From an uncultured Acidobacteriota bacterium (GTDB lineage: Bacteria > Acidobacteriota > Polarisedimenticolia > J045): a stretch of 64,000 nt of DNA. The number at the start of each line of letters is the position of its first letter. Position 1 is the stretch's first letter. The stretch lies in assembly GCA_963702425.1 (NCBI GenBank), contig CAVPCQ010000006.1, positions 352,001 to 416,000 of the forward strand. Reading direction: 5' to 3'. The position numbers and the translations under genes are program-made. The notes beneath the pieces are model-generated. The model ran no database searches. It had not been told where the DNA came from and saw only the letters and a list, made by a program, of their open reading frames with translations. Shown piece by piece: positions 51,418-61,303 of this stretch.

Positions 51418-53557
51418 CGTCGCTCTCCTCCGGGGTGCTCTCCGGGGTCGTCTCCGCGGGCTCGTGCGGCCGCAGCAGGATCCGGAACCGCGCCCCCTCG
51501 CCGGGGCGACTGTCGGCGCCCAGTGTGCCCCCGCACTGCGCCACCAAGCGCTTGCTGAGCGGCAGTCCGAGCCCCGTCCCCCCCACCTTCGTGGTGAAGA
51601 ACGGCTCGAAGATCTTATCCAGCCGGTCGGGCTCGATGCCCGGCCCGTTGTCCTCGACCACGAGGTGAACCGCTTCCTTGAGCCGCTGGGCCCGCACCGT
51701 CACCTTGCCCCCCTCGCCCACCGCATCGAAGGCGTTCGAGAGCAGATTGTCGAGGACCTCCAGCATCGTGTCGCGGTCGCCCGTGACCGGCGGCAGGTCG
51801 GGCTCGACCCGGGCCGACAGCCGCACCCGCCGCTCGAGCGCCAGGTCGCGGTAGCGGGCGACGACGGCGCGCACGAGGTCGCCCGGGTCGAGCGATCGGC
51901 CGGCCGGGGCCCGCGCGACGCGGACCTCCTGCCGGATCCGCTCGAGAATCGCCTCCATCCGCCGCGTTTCGTCGAGCACGATCTGCACGTCCGCGGCCCG
52001 CGGGTCGTCCTCCGGGAACTGTCGCGCGAGCCGGCGTGCGAAGCCGCCGACCACCGAGAGCGGGTTCCGGATCTGGTGCACGATCTCGGCCGCCAGCTCG
52101 CCGATCGCCGACAGCCGCTCGGCCTTGAGCACCTGCACCTGCAGGTTGCGCACGCGCGCGCTGGCCTCGCGCAGCTCCTCGAGCCGGTTCGAGAGCTCGT
52201 CGTGCAGGCGCGCCCGCTCGACCGCCCCGGCGGCGGTGGAGGCGATCATCGCCGCCAGCGCCAGCTCGTCCTCGTCCGGGAACCCGGCGTCGGGTGCCAC
52301 TGCGCCGAGCAGCACGCCGAGGTGTTTTCCCTGGTCGATCAGCGGGGCCAGCACGACGGGGCACCGCTCGAGCAGCGGCCCGAGAGACGGCTCGGCCGCA
52401 TCGAGCACCCCGGCCGGGTAGATCTGCACCGGCGACGCCCCCGCCAGGGCGAGCACGAGCGGGTGGCTCGCCTGGTCGAGCGGGACCGCGAGCCGGCGCG
52501 CCAGGGTCTCGATCATCCGGTCGGCGGCGGTCGGCGGGTCGAACGCGAGGGCTTCGAGCTCGTGCCCGGCGGCGCCCCGCCGCGGCGGACCGGCCGACTC
52601 GGGCGCCCGTCGCGCGAGGCGCCCGCGCAGCATCCCCTTGTCCTCCTCGGCCAGGAAGAGTGCGGCCGCGTGCATCCCCAGACCGCCCGGGTGGACCGCG
52701 GCGGCCAGCACGACGCGCAGCACCCGGTCCAGCCGCGCCGTCCGAGAGAGGACCAGTCCCATCTCGCGCAGTAGGGTGAGTTCGCCGACCTTGCGGGCCA
52801 GCGCCTCGTTCAGCGACCGTTGCCGGGTGACGTCGGTCAGGACCGCGACGGCCGCAGCGAGGCCGTGGTCGGGCCCCGGGACGGCAGCGAGGCAGGCGCG
52901 CACGACCCGCCGCTCGACGCCGCTCCCGAGCACCAGCTCGCGCTCCTCCACCGGGCGATGGGCGGCCAGTTCGGCGGCGGTCGGGAAATCGGCGGCCGGG
53001 TAGAGCCCTTCCGGGAAGACCGTGGGGTAGGGCGCGCCGCGCAGTTCCCACTCGCCTCGGCCGAGCAGCGCCGACGCCGCCGGGTTGGCGGCCACGACCC
53101 GCAGCTCGCGGTCGAGCAGCAGAACGCCAGCCGGGACGTGCCGGAGCCCTTCGGCGAGCACCCGCTCGCGGAAGACCTCGTAGGCCTGTTCACCGTCGGA
53201 GAGTGCGGTGTCGATCACCGCCTCGAGGATCGCCTCCGGTCCGACCCGGACCTGGACGAGCAGGCGCCGCGGTCCGGTCGCGCCGGGCCGCCCCTCGGGG
53301 ATCCAGGAACGGTGGGCGACACCGGTCGAGAGCACCTCCTCGCGCCGGCAGGTCCGGCAGTCCGCATCGCGCCGCCAGAGCGCGCCGTGACAGTCCGCGC
53401 CGATCAGCTTCGGGCCCCGCGACCGGATCAGCGACGGGCTGGCCCAGAGGACCTTGCGACCGGGACCGATCAGCGCCAGCTGCACGCCGTTCGCGTCGAG
53501 CACCTCGAGCAGCTGCTCGTGGGACGGTGCCTCGGTCGGAACGTCGCGCTCGCTCAC
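51392..53557 (-). CDS. Cytoplasmic PAS/GAF sensor histidine kinase
   Basis: IVHQIRNPL, NLLSNAFDA, DNGPGI, FFTTK, GTGLGL. Confidence 0.92.
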   Translation of the reverse strand: MSERDVPTEAPSHEQLLEVLDANGVQLALIGPGRKVLWASPSLIRSRGPKLIGADCHGALWRRDADCRTCRREEVLSTGVAHRSWIPEGRPGATGPRRLLVQVRVGPEAILEAVIDTALSDGEQAYEVFRERVLAEGLRHVPAGVLLLDRELRVVAANPAASALLGRGEWELRGAPYPTVFPEGLYPAADFPTAAELAAHRPVEERELVLGSGVERRVVRACLAAVPGPDHGLAAAVAVLTDVTRQRSLNEALARKVGELTLLREMGLVLSRTARLDRVLRVVLAAAVHPGGLGMHAAALFLAEEDKGMLRGRLARRAPESAGPPRRGAAGHELEALAFDPPTAADRMIETLARRLAVPLDQASHPLVLALAGASPVQIYPAGVLDAAEPSLGPLLERCPVVLAPLIDQGKHLGVLLGAVAPDAGFPDEDELALAAMIASTAAGAVERARLHDELSNRLEELREASARVRNLQVQVLKAERLSAIGELAAEIVHQIRNPLSVVGGFARRLARQFPEDDPRAADVQIVLDETRRMEAILERIRQEVRVARAPAGRSLDPGDLVRAVVARYRDLALERRVRLSARVEPDLPPVTGDRDTMLEVLDNLLSNAFDAVGEGGKVTVRAQRLKEAVHLVVEDNGPGIEPDRLDKIFEPFFTTKVGGTGLGLPLSKRLVAQCGGTLGADSRPGEGARFRILLRPHEPAETTPESTPEESDDATNPDRG

Positions 53558-53692
53558 GTCGATCCTCACGCGCCGCGGGGGTGCGCGTTGCCATTGTAGA
53601 CCCGGCCCGGTGTAATCTGTCGCTCCCGTCCCACCCCCACGCGCCCGGCGCAGCGTCCCGGGCCCGATCGTCGTTCGCCCAGGAGGTACCGC

Positions 53693-55330
53693 ATGCCCAA
53701 CGGGATCTATCGCGTTCCGTCCCCCGTCAACGAGCCGGTCAAGGGCTACGCGCCGGGCTCGCCCGAGCGGCGCGAACTCGGCGCCGCGATCGCGGCCCTC
53801 TCGCAGGAGGTGATGGAGATCCCCTGCGTGATCGGCGGCCGCGAGGTGCGCACCGGGCGGATCCTGGAACAGCACGTTCCCCACGCGCACCGGCGCGTCG
53901 TCGCCCGCGCCCACCAGGCCGGCCCGCGCGAGATGCAGGCCGCGATCAAGGCCGCACGCGAGGCCTGGCAGACCTGGTCGCGCACGCCGTGGGAGGCGCG
54001 CTTCGCGATCTTCCTCAAGGCTGCCGACCTGCTGGCCGGGCCGCGCCGGATGGCCGCCAACGCGGCGACGATGGTCGGCCAGTCCAAGACCTCGCACCAG
54101 GCGGAGATCGACGCGGCCGCGGAGCTGATCGACTTCTGGCGCTTCAACCCGCGGTTCGCGGAGACGATCTACGCCGACCAGCCGATCTCCTCGCCCGGCA
54201 CCTGGAACCAGCTGGAGTACCGCGCGCTGGAAGGATTCGTGCTGGCCATCACGCCCTTCAACTTCACCTCGATCGGCGGCAACCTCCCGACCGCCCCGGC
54301 GATGATGGGCAACACCGTGCTCTGGAAGCCGGCCTCGACCGCGATCGCGTCGTCGTGGGTCGTTTTCAAGGTGCTCGAGGAGGCCGGCCTGCCGCCGGGC
54401 GTGATCAACTTCATCCCCGGCCCCGGTTCACTGGTCGGGCCGATGGCGATCGCCAGCCCCGATCTCGCGGGGATCCACTTCACCGGCTCGACGGGGGTCT
54501 TCCACTCGATCTGGGAGGGCGTCGCCGCCAACATTCGCCGCTACCGGAACTACCCGCGCCTGGTCGGCGAAACGGGCGGCAAGGACTTCGTCTTCGTCCA
54601 CTCGTCGGCCGACCCGCTGGCCGTCGCCACGGCGCTGGTCCGGGGGGCATTCGAGTACCAGGGCCAGAAGTGCTCGGCAGCGAGCCGCACCTACGTTCCC
54701 CAGTCGCTCTGGCCGAAGGTCCGGCGCGCGCTGGTCGAGCAGCTGCGCGAGGTCCGCGTCGGCGACCCGACCGTCGCCACCAACTTCATGGGCGCGGTGA
54801 TCGACAAGGCGTCCTACCAGAACCTGACCGGCGCGATCGCCTCGGCCAAGCGCTCGACCGCCTGCTCGATCGTCTTCGGCGGCGAGTACGACGCGCGCGA
54901 GGGCTGGTTCATCCAGCCGACGGTGGTGCAGGTCACCGACCCGAAGCACCGGCTGATGAAGGAGGAACTGTTCGGACCGGTGCTCGCGGCGTTCGTCTAC
55001 CCCGACCGCGAGCTGGACGCCGCGCTCCAGCTCTGCGACAGCGCCAGCCCCTACGCGCTGACCGGCGCGGTCTTCGCGCGCGACCGGCAGGCGATCCAGG
55101 CGATCGCCAACTCGCTGCGCCACACGGCCGGCAACTTCTACATCAACGACAAACCGACCGGCGCGGTCGTCGGACAGCAGCCGTTCGGCGGCGCGCGCGC
55201 CTCGGGCACGAACGACAAGGCCGGCTCGTTGCTCAACATGATCCGCTGGACGTCGCCGCGGGCGATCAAGGAGACCTTCGTCCCGGCGACTCACTTCGCC
55301 TACCCGTTCCTCGCCCCGGACCAGGACTGA
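53693..55330 (+). CDS. pruA: L-glutamate gamma-semialdehyde (P5C) dehydrogenase
   Basis: PFNFTSIGGNL, FTGST, GETGGKDF, FEYQGQKCSA, SGTNDKAG. Confidence 0.95.
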   Translation: MPNGIYRVPSPVNEPVKGYAPGSPERRELGAAIAALSQEVMEIPCVIGGREVRTGRILEQHVPHAHRRVVARAHQAGPREMQAAIKAAREAWQTWSRTPWEARFAIFLKAADLLAGPRRMAANAATMVGQSKTSHQAEIDAAAELIDFWRFNPRFAETIYADQPISSPGTWNQLEYRALEGFVLAITPFNFTSIGGNLPTAPAMMGNTVLWKPASTAIASSWVVFKVLEEAGLPPGVINFIPGPGSLVGPMAIASPDLAGIHFTGSTGVFHSIWEGVAANIRRYRNYPRLVGETGGKDFVFVHSSADPLAVATALVRGAFEYQGQKCSAASRTYVPQSLWPKVRRALVEQLREVRVGDPTVATNFMGAVIDKASYQNLTGAIASAKRSTACSIVFGGEYDAREGWFIQPTVVQVTDPKHRLMKEELFGPVLAAFVYPDRELDAALQLCDSASPYALTGAVFARDRQAIQAIANSLRHTAGNFYINDKPTGAVVGQQPFGGARASGTNDKAGSLLNMIRWTSPRAIKETFVPATHFAYPFLAPDQD

Positions 55331-55380
55331 GCCCTTGCGGCAGGGACGCGGCCCGCGCCGCGTCCCTTCGGAGGTCCCCG

Positions 55381-56586
55381 ATGACTCGCGCCACCCTCCC
55401 GCTCCGGACCAGCAAGCGCGTCGAGGAGGTCACCTACGCCGTCCGCGACGTCGTGCTCTGGGCGCGCCAGGCCGCGGCCGCCGGCAAGGACATGATCTAT
55501 CTCAACATCGGCGACCCCTGCCAGTTCGACTTCCAGACGCCACCGCACGTCGTCGAGGCGATCGTCCGCGCCCTACAGGAGAACCGCACCAGTTACACCG
55601 CCTCGGAGGGGATCCGCGAGGCGGTCGACGCGATCCGCGCCGACGCCGAGGTCCGCAAGGGGATCCGGGGAGTGCGCAGCGTGCTGGTCGGCAACGGCGC
55701 CTCGGAGCCGATCGAGCTGCTGCTCACCGCGCTGCTCGACCCGGGCGATGCCGTGCTCGTGCCGAGCCCCGGGTACCCGCTCTATACCGCGGTGCTGGCC
55801 AAGCTCGGCGCCCGCGCGATTCCCTACTACCTCGACGAGGCGAACGCCTGGCAGCCCGATCCGGACGAGCTCGCGCGCACCGTCGACCTCGGCACGCGCG
55901 CCATCGTGCTGATCAACCCGAACAACCCGACCGGTTCGGTGGCCGGCCGGGAGACGCTCCTGCGGGTCCTCGAGATCGCGGCCCGCCACGGGCTGCTCGT
56001 GCTGTCGGACGAGATCTACGACCGGATGCTGCTCGATCCGGAGACCGCGTACGTCTCGACCGCGTCGCTCCGGGACGACGTCCCGGTGGCGACCTTCTAC
56101 GGCCTGTCCAAGGTCTGGCTCGGACCGGGACTGCGGATCGGCTGGTGCGTGCTCTCGGGCCCGGAAACGGCCGTGGCGCCGCTCGACGACGCGATGATGC
56201 GGCTCGCCCGCGCCCGGCTCTGCGCCAGCCACCCGGTGCAGTGCGCGATCAAGCCGGCGCTCGAGGGGCCGCAGGACCACATCGTCGCGGCCAACGCCAA
56301 GCTGCGCCGGCGGCGCGACATCACGGTGGAGAAGCTCCGCGCGATCCGCGGCTTCTCGGTCGTGCCACCGACCGCCGCGTTCTACGCCTTCCCGCGCTTC
56401 ACGCTGCCGATCGATGACGTCGAGCTGGTGAGGAGATTGGCGCTGGAGGAGGGGGTCGTGCTGGTGCACGGGTCGGGTTTCGGTCAGAAGCCGGGGACCC
56501 AGCACGTGCGCATCGTCTTCCTGCCGACCGAAGCTCAGCTCGACGAGGCGTTTCGGCGGATTGGTTCGTTTGTGGCTCGGTTGTAG
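55381..56586 (+). CDS. Aminotransferase class I/II (AlaA-like)
   Basis: YLNIGDP, INPNNPTG, SDEIYD, GLSK...GLRIGW. Confidence 0.93.
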   Translation: MTRATLPLRTSKRVEEVTYAVRDVVLWARQAAAAGKDMIYLNIGDPCQFDFQTPPHVVEAIVRALQENRTSYTASEGIREAVDAIRADAEVRKGIRGVRSVLVGNGASEPIELLLTALLDPGDAVLVPSPGYPLYTAVLAKLGARAIPYYLDEANAWQPDPDELARTVDLGTRAIVLINPNNPTGSVAGRETLLRVLEIAARHGLLVLSDEIYDRMLLDPETAYVSTASLRDDVPVATFYGLSKVWLGPGLRIGWCVLSGPETAVAPLDDAMMRLARARLCASHPVQCAIKPALEGPQDHIVAANAKLRRRRDITVEKLRAIRGFSVVPPTAAFYAFPRFTLPIDDVELVRRLALEEGVVLVHGSGFGQKPGTQHVRIVFLPTEAQLDEAFRRIGSFVARL

Positions 56587-56608
56587 GCGGCGGGATGGGC
56601 GCTGGGGC

Positions 56609-56687
56609 GGTGCGGAGGCGGATGGACCCCCTGGCGAGTGGGTCGCAGGCTCCAACACTCGCCAGGGGGTCCATCCGCCTCCGCACC
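56609..56687 (+). repeat. Long hairpin repeat, copy B1
   Basis: 32-bp perfect stem around loop GGTCGCAGGCTCCAA. Confidence 0.95.
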
Positions 56688-56928
56688 TCCGTCGCCGGCA
56701 CCGCGCGCTGCGCCTCCGTAGAGAGTGATTGAGAGGGAATGTTCTCCGCGCGCGATGCGTGACGGACGGCGAATACGTCACGCTCGGAGGGGTGGTCGCA
56801 CCAGCGCCACGGAGGAGATGGGAGAGAACGTATTCACCGCTCGGTTGGCGTCCCCGTGCGATGCATACACTTTTCTATTATTTTATTGGTGCGAGCCGGT
56901 GGGGGCGGGCGGTTCTTCCCTGCGAACA

Positions 56929-57009
56929 GGGCGCGTGACGGGAAGTGCCCCCTGGCGAGTGTTGGAGCCTGCGACCCACTCGCCAGGGGGCACTTCCCGT
57001 CACGCGCCC
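56929..57009 (-). repeat. Long hairpin repeat, copy B2 (inverted relative to B1)
   Basis: 33-bp perfect stem around the same loop in reverse orientation. Confidence 0.95.
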
Positions 57010-57026
57010 GCCGCAACAGGAACGGA

Positions 57027-57527
57027 CTACGCCGGATCCCCTGCGAGTTCCGCCAGGCCTGCCCAGGTCGCGGCGTCCTGGGCGGTCAGGGTGCGCAGGT
57101 ACAGCTCGACGTCTTCCTCGGGGAACTCCGACTTCACGGCTTCGACGGCGGACTTCAGCTTCTCGGGGGTGAGCTTGTCGGGGTCGAGGCCCTCGCCTTC
57201 CTTGAACAGGCCGTCGTCGTGCGGGATCTCGAGCAGGTCGAGAAAGCGTGCCAGCAGCGGGCGGCGGTGAGCGAGGTGGAAGGCGCTCAGGACTTGCATC
57301 GCCGTCTCCTCCGGCAGCCCGCCCTCGGCCAGCAGCGCCGCCCGGCGCGGGCGCGGCAGCTGCTCCAGGTAGGAGGCGCGGAAGCCGCGCGCGGTCAGCC
57401 ACGGCATGAGCGCCGCAAGCCGGTCCTCGCGCGAGACCTGCTCGCTCTCCCAGAGCGCCAGCGCGGCCTCGGTGCGGCGCTCTTTCGGCAGCGTCTTCCA
57501 GATCTGGCGCGCGGTCCAGAAAGCCAC
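57027..57527 (-). CDS. Hypothetical protein
   Basis: GGAGG RBS; LLARFLDLLEIPHDDG...VELYLRTL; normal codon bias. Confidence 0.75.
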   Translation of the reverse strand: MAFWTARQIWKTLPKERRTEAALALWESEQVSREDRLAALMPWLTARGFRASYLEQLPRPRRAALLAEGGLPEETAMQVLSAFHLAHRRPLLARFLDLLEIPHDDGLFKEGEGLDPDKLTPEKLKSAVEAVKSEFPEEDVELYLRTLTAQDAATWAGLAELAGDPA

Positions 57528-57580
57528 GACGGTCACCTCCCTCACGGAAACCGAAAGCCAACCATCCGCGCCCGCGCTTG

Positions 57581-58645
57581 TCAACGCCGCCGGGCGGCCG
57601 CGAGCGCGCGATAGAGCGCGAGATACCGGTCCGCGGTGCTCTCGATGTCGTAGGCTGCAACGCGCCGCCGCCCCTCCGCGACCAGCGCGGCGCGGCGCGG
57701 CGGATCCGCGGCGAGCGCGTCGATCGCGGCCGCCAGCCCGGAGGCGTCGCCGGCAGCGAAGGTCAGGGCGCTGACACCGTCCTCGAGCAGCTCCGCGGTG
57801 CCGGGGATCCGCGAGCCGATCACCGGCACGCCGAAGTGGAAGGCGTCGAGCAGCACGGTGCCCAGCCCCTCGTGGACGGACGGCAGCACGAAGAGGTCGG
57901 CGGCGGCGAACCAGCGGTCCGGATCGGCGTCGAACCCAACGAGGTGCAGCCGCTCTCCCGCCCCGCCGCCCGCGGCGCGCACCGCCGCACGCGTCGCCTC
58001 GCGCAGCGACCCGTCGCCGATCCACGCGTGGTGGTAGCCGGCAGCCGTCGCCGCCATCGCCCGCGCGAGCGTCAGCGGGTCCTTCTGCGGTTCGAGCGCG
58101 CCGACGGTGAGGCCGAGCGGCGCCGTCTCGGGAACCCCGAGCCCGGCCCGCAGCGCCGCCCGCGCCGCCGGCTCGAAGCGCCGGGTGCGATCGATCGCGG
58201 AGGGGATGCGCTCGACGAGCGCCGGCGGCACCCCGCCTGCGACGAGCGACCGCTCGACGCTCTCCGAGATCGCAACGACGCGGTCGAGCCGCCGCAGCCA
58301 GAAGGGAGACGCGGGACGGTCGAGGCGGCGCGTGGCCAGCGCCGCGTCCCCGCGGTGCCGCGCCAGGACCGCGAGCGGGGTCGTGTGGGCGGTGTGGGCG
58401 TGAAGCAGCTTCGGGCCCGCCAGCCCGCGGGCGAGCCGGAGCGCCTGGACCCGCCCCGCCACCTCGAGGACCTCGGTCCCCGGGATCTCCCGGTAGCGCT
58501 CGGCTGCGGTCTCGCCCCCGCGGGCGATCACGGTCGACCCGACCCCCCGCCGCGCCAGGGCCGCGAGCAGCAGCTGCAGTTGGCGCTGTCCTCCCCGCCA
58601 ACCGCGCTCGAGGTCGAGGTGCACGATCGCCGGCAATGCGTCCAC
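57581..58645 (-). CDS. Glycosyltransferase family 4
   Basis: WRGGQRQ, LLHAH, FVLPSVHEGLGTVLLDA. Confidence 0.92.
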   Translation of the reverse strand: MDALPAIVHLDLERGWRGGQRQLQLLLAALARRGVGSTVIARGGETAAERYREIPGTEVLEVAGRVQALRLARGLAGPKLLHAHTAHTTPLAVLARHRGDAALATRRLDRPASPFWLRRLDRVVAISESVERSLVAGGVPPALVERIPSAIDRTRRFEPAARAALRAGLGVPETAPLGLTVGALEPQKDPLTLARAMAATAAGYHHAWIGDGSLREATRAAVRAAGGGAGERLHLVGFDADPDRWFAAADLFVLPSVHEGLGTVLLDAFHFGVPVIGSRIPGTAELLEDGVSALTFAAGDASGLAAAIDALAADPPRRAALVAEGRRRVAAYDIESTADRYLALYRALAAARRR

Positions 58646-58670
58646 GGACTCGATCCTCCCGGCGGCGGCG

Positions 58671-59735
58671 CTACGCCGGCGTGGCGCGCGCGAGACGCGA
58701 CAGCTCGGCCCAGACCGTCGCTTCGTCGAGGGCCGCGAGGCAGGCGTGGTGGCCGAGCGGGCAGCGCGGATCCCCGCTCGGGCTGCAGGGCTGGCAGGGC
58801 AGCCCCAGCGCGAGCGCGTGGTAGGGGCGCCCGTCGCGCAGGGCGTCGGGGTCGGTCGGGCCGTGCAACGCGATCGCCGGCACCCCGAGCGCCCGCGCGA
58901 TGTGCGTCGGTCCCGAGTCGTTCCCGACGAAGGCGGCAGCATACGTCAGCTCGGCGACGAGGCCTCCGATCCCGGCGTCGCGCCGGTCGATGGCGTCGGG
59001 GCAGGCGGCACGCAGCGCGTCGAGCAGCGGCGCCTCCGCCGGACCGCCATAGAAGGCGGGCCGGAATCCGCCGTGCTTGCGGGCCAGCGCGAGTAACGCG
59101 GCGTAGCGCTCGATCGGCCAGCGCTTGGTCGCGTAGTGCGCACCGGGCGCGACCGCCAGGAGCGGCTCGCCCCGCCAGCCGGCCCCGACCAGGCGCGCGC
59201 GCGCGGCGCGGCGGCGTCCGTCGTCGACGACGAGGCGCAGCGGTCGCGGGGGGACGGTCCCGACGAGCGGCTCGAGCAGCGCGAGGGGCCGGGCCGGGAA
59301 GGTCCGTCCCGCATCGTCCCTCGAGACGAGGTGGGTGTAGGCCAACCCCTGACCCGGACCGGCGTACCCGACCCGCACGGTGGCGCCGGAGCGCCGCGCG
59401 AGCAGGCTCGTGCGGGCCGAACGCGAAACCCCGAAGAAGAGCTCGGGCCGGCGTCCCGTGACGGCGCCCGCGACCCGCAGGAGGCCCCGCGCACCGCGGT
59501 CGGCTCCGGACTTGTCATAGGCGAGCAGGACCGTCACCCGCGGATCTCCGGCCAGCACTTCGAGCGCCGCCGCCCGCCCGACGACGGCGATCTCGGCCGC
59601 CGGCCAGCGCTCGACGATCTCCTCGAGCAGTGGCGTCGTGAAGACCATGTCGCCGATGAAGGCCAGCTGGGCGACGACGATCGAGCGCGGCGGGCGCGCC
59701 GCGAACGATCGCGACAGGGAGGCATGGTGGTTCAT
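58671..59735 (-). CDS. Glycosyltransferase family 9 (LPS heptosyltransferase, WaaF-like)
   Basis: FIGDMVFTTP, APGAHYATKRWP, VGNDSGPTHIA, CQPC...CPLGHHAC. Confidence 0.92.
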   Translation of the reverse strand: MNHHASLSRSFAARPPRSIVVAQLAFIGDMVFTTPLLEEIVERWPAAEIAVVGRAAALEVLAGDPRVTVLLAYDKSGADRGARGLLRVAGAVTGRRPELFFGVSRSARTSLLARRSGATVRVGYAGPGQGLAYTHLVSRDDAGRTFPARPLALLEPLVGTVPPRPLRLVVDDGRRRAARARLVGAGWRGEPLLAVAPGAHYATKRWPIERYAALLALARKHGGFRPAFYGGPAEAPLLDALRAACPDAIDRRDAGIGGLVAELTYAAAFVGNDSGPTHIARALGVPAIALHGPTDPDALRDGRPYHALALGLPCQPCSPSGDPRCPLGHHACLAALDEATVWAELSRLARATPA

Positions 59736-59790
59736 CGTTCCGGAATGGTAGCCTCATCGCCTCGGCGCCGGGCCGCCGATGGAGGTCGCC

Positions 59791-60465
59791 ATGACCGCTT
59801 CCCGTTCGCTTTCCGTCGCGCTGGCGACCCTCGCCCTGGGGCTGACCGCTGCGCTCCTCGCCCGTGCCGCGGACGCCCCGGCCTGGAAGGAACCGGGCAC
59901 CGGGGAGGTCTTCCCCCTGACGGTCACGGCCCCCGGCGGAACACTGCCGCTCGTCCTGACCGGTGGCGGGGTGCGGACCAAGGTGGTCTTCAAGGTCTAT
60001 GCCCTGGGCTTCTACGTCGATCCGGCCGCGGCCGCGACCGGCCTCGCCTCATGGGCCGGCAAGCCGGCCGACGCACTGCGTACCGATCCGTCCTTCTACG
60101 CCGCGCTGATCGACTTCCCGGGCGACAAACTCGTGGTCATGAAGTTCGTGCGCAACCTCGAGGGTGGCCAGATCGGGGACGCGCTCGACGCGGCGGTTTC
60201 CCGGACGCTCCCTTCCGGGGATCCTGCACGCGCCCAGTTCCGTGCCCTGTGGAAAGACCCGATCAAGGAGGGCGACGAAACCTCGATCGTCATCGGCGCC
60301 GGGGGCGCGGTCTCGGTCGTGCGCGCGGGCTCCGTCATCGGCACCGTCGACTCGAAGCCGCTCGGGCGGGCGCTGCTGCTGGCCTGGTTCGGCGAGGAGC
60401 CGGTGTCGGACAGCATCCGGAAGGGGGCGGTGGAGCGCATCCCGAGTATCCTGCAGGGGAAGTAG
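59791..60465 (+). CDS. Chalcone isomerase-like family protein, exported
   Basis: Signal peptide; LTGGGVRTKVVFKVYALGFY; WFGEEPVS. Confidence 0.85.
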   Translation: MTASRSLSVALATLALGLTAALLARAADAPAWKEPGTGEVFPLTVTAPGGTLPLVLTGGGVRTKVVFKVYALGFYVDPAAAATGLASWAGKPADALRTDPSFYAALIDFPGDKLVVMKFVRNLEGGQIGDALDAAVSRTLPSGDPARAQFRALWKDPIKEGDETSIVIGAGGAVSVVRAGSVIGTVDSKPLGRALLLAWFGEEPVSDSIRKGAVERIPSILQGK

Positions 60466-60748
60466 GCTCGGCTTAGCGGCTGCAATTGCGCGTTAGCCGA
60501 GACCACCGGCAGTGCGAGGTGGTACCCTCGCCCGGGCCTCTGGAGGCTTCGGCCCCCCGGGCCTTGGCGGTTTCCCTTGATCGGCCCACGATCGGGTCGT
60601 TATATTGCCCCGGCACAGGGATTTGCCGGTTTCGTCCGGCCCGGAGTTCCGGATGGCTTCGCCCTCCCAACAGCCGCGCATCGGGAACGTGGTCCAGCAC
60701 CCGCGGAGCGTGGCCGCGGTGCCGCCGCCCGTCGAGAAGCGTCCCGCG

Positions 60749-61303
60749 ATGAGCACGCGGCCGCCCCTGACCGAGTCGTCATCGACGGCGAAAGGCGGGC
60801 GGCAGACCTTCGGGGACATCATCCGGCGGGCCCGCGAGCTGCGCGGCATCGAGCTGCGCGAGGTGGCCGAGGCGACGAAGATCAACCTCCGCTACCTCGA
60901 GGCCCTCGAGCGCAACGACTTCACCTTCGTTCCCGGCGGAATTCACGTTCGCAACTTCGTGCGCGCCTACGCGAGGCAGATCGGCGTGGACGAAGCGGAG
61001 ATGGTGAATGCCTTCCTCTACGAGTTGACCCTGCAGCACAAGAAGGGACCGGCCGAGGAGCCGCACGTCGTCGTGCCGCTCAGGACCGACGACCCGACGG
61101 TGCGTTCGCTGCGCTCGCACTACCGGGTCGAGTCGGGAAGCGACGATCGGCGGCGGCACCGCGCACGCAGCGTTCTCCTTCTCGCGGCGCTCGCGATCGC
61201 AGCGGCCGCAGCCGGTGCCGGCTACTGGCTCGTCGCCCACTCGGCGCGCGGTCAAGCCGCGGCGCCGGTGACAGCCCCCGTCCCGGGCCCTCCCGCTCGG
61301 TGA
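60749..61303 (+). CDS. RodZ-like helix-turn-helix membrane protein (short)
   Basis: FGDIIRRARELRGI...TKINLRYLEALERND...RNFVRAYA plus a single TM. Confidence 0.8.
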   Translation: MSTRPPLTESSSTAKGGRQTFGDIIRRARELRGIELREVAEATKINLRYLEALERNDFTFVPGGIHVRNFVRAYARQIGVDEAEMVNAFLYELTLQHKKGPAEEPHVVVPLRTDDPTVRSLRSHYRVESGSDDRRRHRARSVLLLAALAIAAAAAGAGYWLVAHSARGQAAAPVTAPVPGPPAR

